From the human T2T-CHM13v2.0 reference genome, Homo sapiens: a stretch of DNA of 64,000 bases. Each line of letters opens with the position of its first letter. Position 1 is the stretch's first letter. The notes beneath the pieces were generated by a model that saw only the letters and a list, made by a program, of their open reading frames with translations, made no database searches and was not told the DNA's origin. The position numbers were made by a program, and so were the translations under genes. Location of the stretch: assembly GCF_009914755.1 (NCBI RefSeq), contig NC_060928.1; one strand, given 5' to 3'. Positions 58,640-64,000 of the stretch are shown here, piece by piece.

Positions 58640-58790
58640 TAGCCATTCATTAATTGTTATTCCTAACAAACATGCATCTAGGGTATTCTAAATGCAGGTG
58701 CTGTGCAAGTTTATGGCTATAAGAGGACAACATCCCCATCCTCAGGGAATTCAGTCCATGGATGGTGATAAGAGAAACACAAAGGAACTA
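58640..58790 (-). mobile_element. L2 3' end fragment
   Basis: CATTCATT...CAAACAT...GGTGCTGTGCAAG...CCCCATCCTCAGGGAATTCAGTC pattern. Confidence 0.5.
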
Positions 58791-60543
58791 AAATAGACTA
58801 AAAATATAATGTGTTAAATTAAATACACTAACAATTCCAATCTTAACAGTTTTCCTTTCACCTTTCATGTATAGATCTTTTGGTATTATATTTCAATTTT
58901 TAAATAATTAAAACATTAAAACCTGATGACTTTCCTACATAATGAAGCCATTTCCTTCCTTCTCCCAGCATAAATCACAATCACAGCACTCTCTTCTTAA
59001 AATGTACAGGACTTACCATATTTGAAATTATTGTACTTATTTTCCTTCTCACTTGATTTCCAAACTAGATTGTATAACCAAGAATGAAAATGGAAACTCT
59101 TATTTATTATGTTCATTGCTTTATTATTCTAGAAGACAACATATTCTAAATATTATAGGTTTAATAAGTTTAATTTTCCTTTCTGATTATTATGTTTTTT
59201 TCTACTGTCTGGAAGGAGTAGAATTTCAAAATATAGAGTCAATTATCCCAATTTCAAAATGCTATTAATAATTATTTACTGCTTCTGAATAAAATTAAAA
59301 ATATGAGTTTTATATTCTTTTTAAAGATCCATTAGTAATCACTATGTTACTAAACTTTTTTAATTAAAAGAAATATGCCATCCATCAGAACAGTATCTGT
59401 TCAGACATACTTAACAATATTCATTTTTCAAACAATTACTTAAAGATGAATGTGTATAATTCAAAAATCTAACATTTTGGTTATTTATAATAAAATGTTT
59501 GATTTATTATAGTACCAAACTGTATTTAGTATAATTATGTTTGATTTTCTAAGTGGAAGAGATATATGTATTTGTACCACACAAGTAATAAGCAGTTCTT
59601 ACTCAACTGAGTTATTTAAATTCTAAAGGCCAGAGGGATCTATTGTTTCTTATATATGTATATAATTTTTATTATATGCTACTAGAAGTTATGTGCATTT
59701 AAAATGAATTAATTAAACTCTAAAAGTCTAATTTAATCCTGAATAAAGTATGATATATGTTGCCAGGAAAAGGGGAATTAATCAAAATGCCTAATTTTAA
59801 TTTATCAAAAATAATTTAACATGCATTGGAGATAATAAGAAAATGCTATAATCTTTGCATGCTGCCACTGAGAGATTCTTAAATATACCCTATTTTTATA
59901 TAAATTAAAAGCTTTATGAATGAGGTGGGTTTTTTTTACCCATCTTATTAAATGAAGAAAAGATATAAAACACCTCAATCAACCTTCAAATTATTACCAT
60001 AAAGAAAGTGAGCTGTGGTATTAATAGACATAATTATTCCTGTTATAATAATTTTATTTTTCTTTAAAGCATAGAACTTGTGTGCCTACTAGAAAAATCA
60101 AGAACATTCTCCACTGAGACAAGTAATATATATTTACAATGCAAATTTTTACATTAAACGACTTAGATTTATGATAATGAGTCAATTACAAACTGTTTGA
60201 ATATTAAAATCTTACCCAAAGCTAAGGATAAAATGTCCATTACCCTTTTACTCCCTCAATATTTATCATCTGTCACTAGAAGATAGAGAGAAAAACAGTA
60301 TGTAAAAACTCATTCTAGAATTTTTATAGATTTAGAATTCTACCTGTTTCTCAAAAAAATGTGATATTTTAAGAAAATTGTTTTTCATTAAAGTCTATCT
60401 TGAATAACTTATGCTGACTTTATGTGCTTTGAATTTTTTTTTAATATTTTCAAGGCCACGAAAATAATTCTACAAGAAAATTTTATTTTTGTGCTTACGC
60501 TTTGTTTAAAAAATGTCAACTGTAGCTAAACAATTCACCTTTC

Positions 60544-62653
<2,110 letters not shown>

Positions 62654-63009
62654 ATTTATCTTTCAAATTAATTTTCAAAAAACAGAAATTTAAAGATTAA
62701 TTTAAATATGATATTGCATCATATTTTTTGAATTAATAGAATATATTAATTGTAAAAAAGCTAGGATATATGCATAATCAAAGTGAAAAAAATCTGTAAT
62801 TTCATGACCATGATAAAATACTGGCAACATTTTGGTAAAAAATATTTTTCTATATCATTCTATGTTTAAGTAAATAAATGTTTTTTCTATATAGTAATTT
62901 GATTTTGATGCTTAGGTAATTTTGCAGCCTGCTATTCTTAATTTTAGCTTATTTAATTATCCATTCTTTTTTTCATTTTGTAAGGTTCAGTTAGGTTGCA
63001 AGGGCTAGG

Positions 63010-63540
63010 CATAGCATTTACTGAGTGCTAAACGTATGCCAGTCACTCTTTATCCAGCTGCAGATACAGCAGTGAATAAGAGAAACAGTTTCTGCCCTTG
63101 CCAAGTTTATTTTATCATAAGGAAGATTGGCAATAAACACATAAAGAGATAATGAAAAAATCAAATAGTAAAAGGAGTTATACAGCACACAATATGAAAT
63201 AAAGAATGTAATTTTCTATAGGATGGTGAGGAAAGACATTTCTGAAAGGGTGACTTTTAAGTAGAAACATAAATAAAATGTAGAAGCTATGGGGATATCG
63301 GAGTTATCTAACTATCCTAGGCAAAAGTATTCTAAATGAAGATAAGAGAAAATTCAAAGTTTCTGATGTTAGAATATGCTTGCCATATTCTACGTAAAGT
63401 AAGAAGACTGGTGTGGTAGGAACATTGTTTAGTTAGTTTGGAGAGGTGTCCAGAAACAAAACATGCTGATCTTTGTAACCTTAGGTAAATCTTTGAATCA
63501 TACTGTAAATTTGATGGAAATCTAGAGATAAGGTTTTGAT
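63010..63540 (-). mobile_element. L2 fragment
   Basis: AGCATTTACTGAGTGCT...GATACAGCAGTGAATAAG...TCTGCCCT...GTGACTTTTAAG. Confidence 0.75.
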
Positions 63541-63643
63541 ATACCTTGAACGAAGCAAACCGTGTGTGACTATCCTATCACATCATCCTCTCTACCTGAA
63601 GAAATCTACCCTGAATCTTCATCTCCTTGTTTTTTCTCAAAAG

Positions 63644-63815
63644 CAGTGTCATCCAATAGAAACATAGTGAAAGTCAAATACATAATTTTGGGGGTAGCCA
63701 GAAAGAGCAAAAATTATTTTAAAATATATTTTATTAGTCCAATATGTGCAAAATATTATCACTTCAATATTTTAAAATATTAATGAAATATTCTATATTT
63801 TTTCAATTAGAGATT
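63644..63815. mobile_element. MER33-type MITE fragment
   Basis: CAGTGTCATCCAATAGAAA...GTAGCCA...TATATTTTATT...CCAATAT...AAAATATTATCA. Confidence 0.65.
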
Positions 63816-64000
63816 TTTTAAATTTAATTATCAAGCAATTAGCAAATCATGCCCTAACAATTTTTAAAACCGCACATTGCATATTAATTAAGCAATCCAA
63901 AGGGTCAGTCCTATTTTGTTTTACCTATATGATCTCTGTAATTATATAGTTCTGTCACTTAAAATACTGTTTGATTTTAGTTTTTAAATCTTAAAAATCT

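Overview
AT-rich, repeat-dominated primate genomic DNA, almost certainly human, since it carries AluYb9- and AluYg6-type elements. It looks intergenic or deep intronic. No host protein-coding gene, RNA gene or CRISPR array can be supported; every recognisable ORF is a decayed L1, THE1, Tigger or Alu reading frame. Main content: a near-full-length L1PB carrying two nested THE1 insertions, a solo LTR30-like LTR, a full-length L1PA8 with target-site duplication (TSD), an ERVL integrase relic, a near-full-length Tigger1, several Alus, and old L1M/L2/MIR/MER fragments. The best non-routine observations are a clean L1PA2-like 3' transduction, an 85-nt near-perfect hairpin, a ~1-kb mRNA-like island (tentatively a GPBP1L1-family 5'UTR retrocopy), an LTR7 stub fused through fold-back filler DNA, a twin-primed L1 inversion, and two very young Alus. 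I found no convincing evidence of a new biological system. Subfamily names come from recalled consensus sequences, not database searches, and boundaries of old repeats are approximate.
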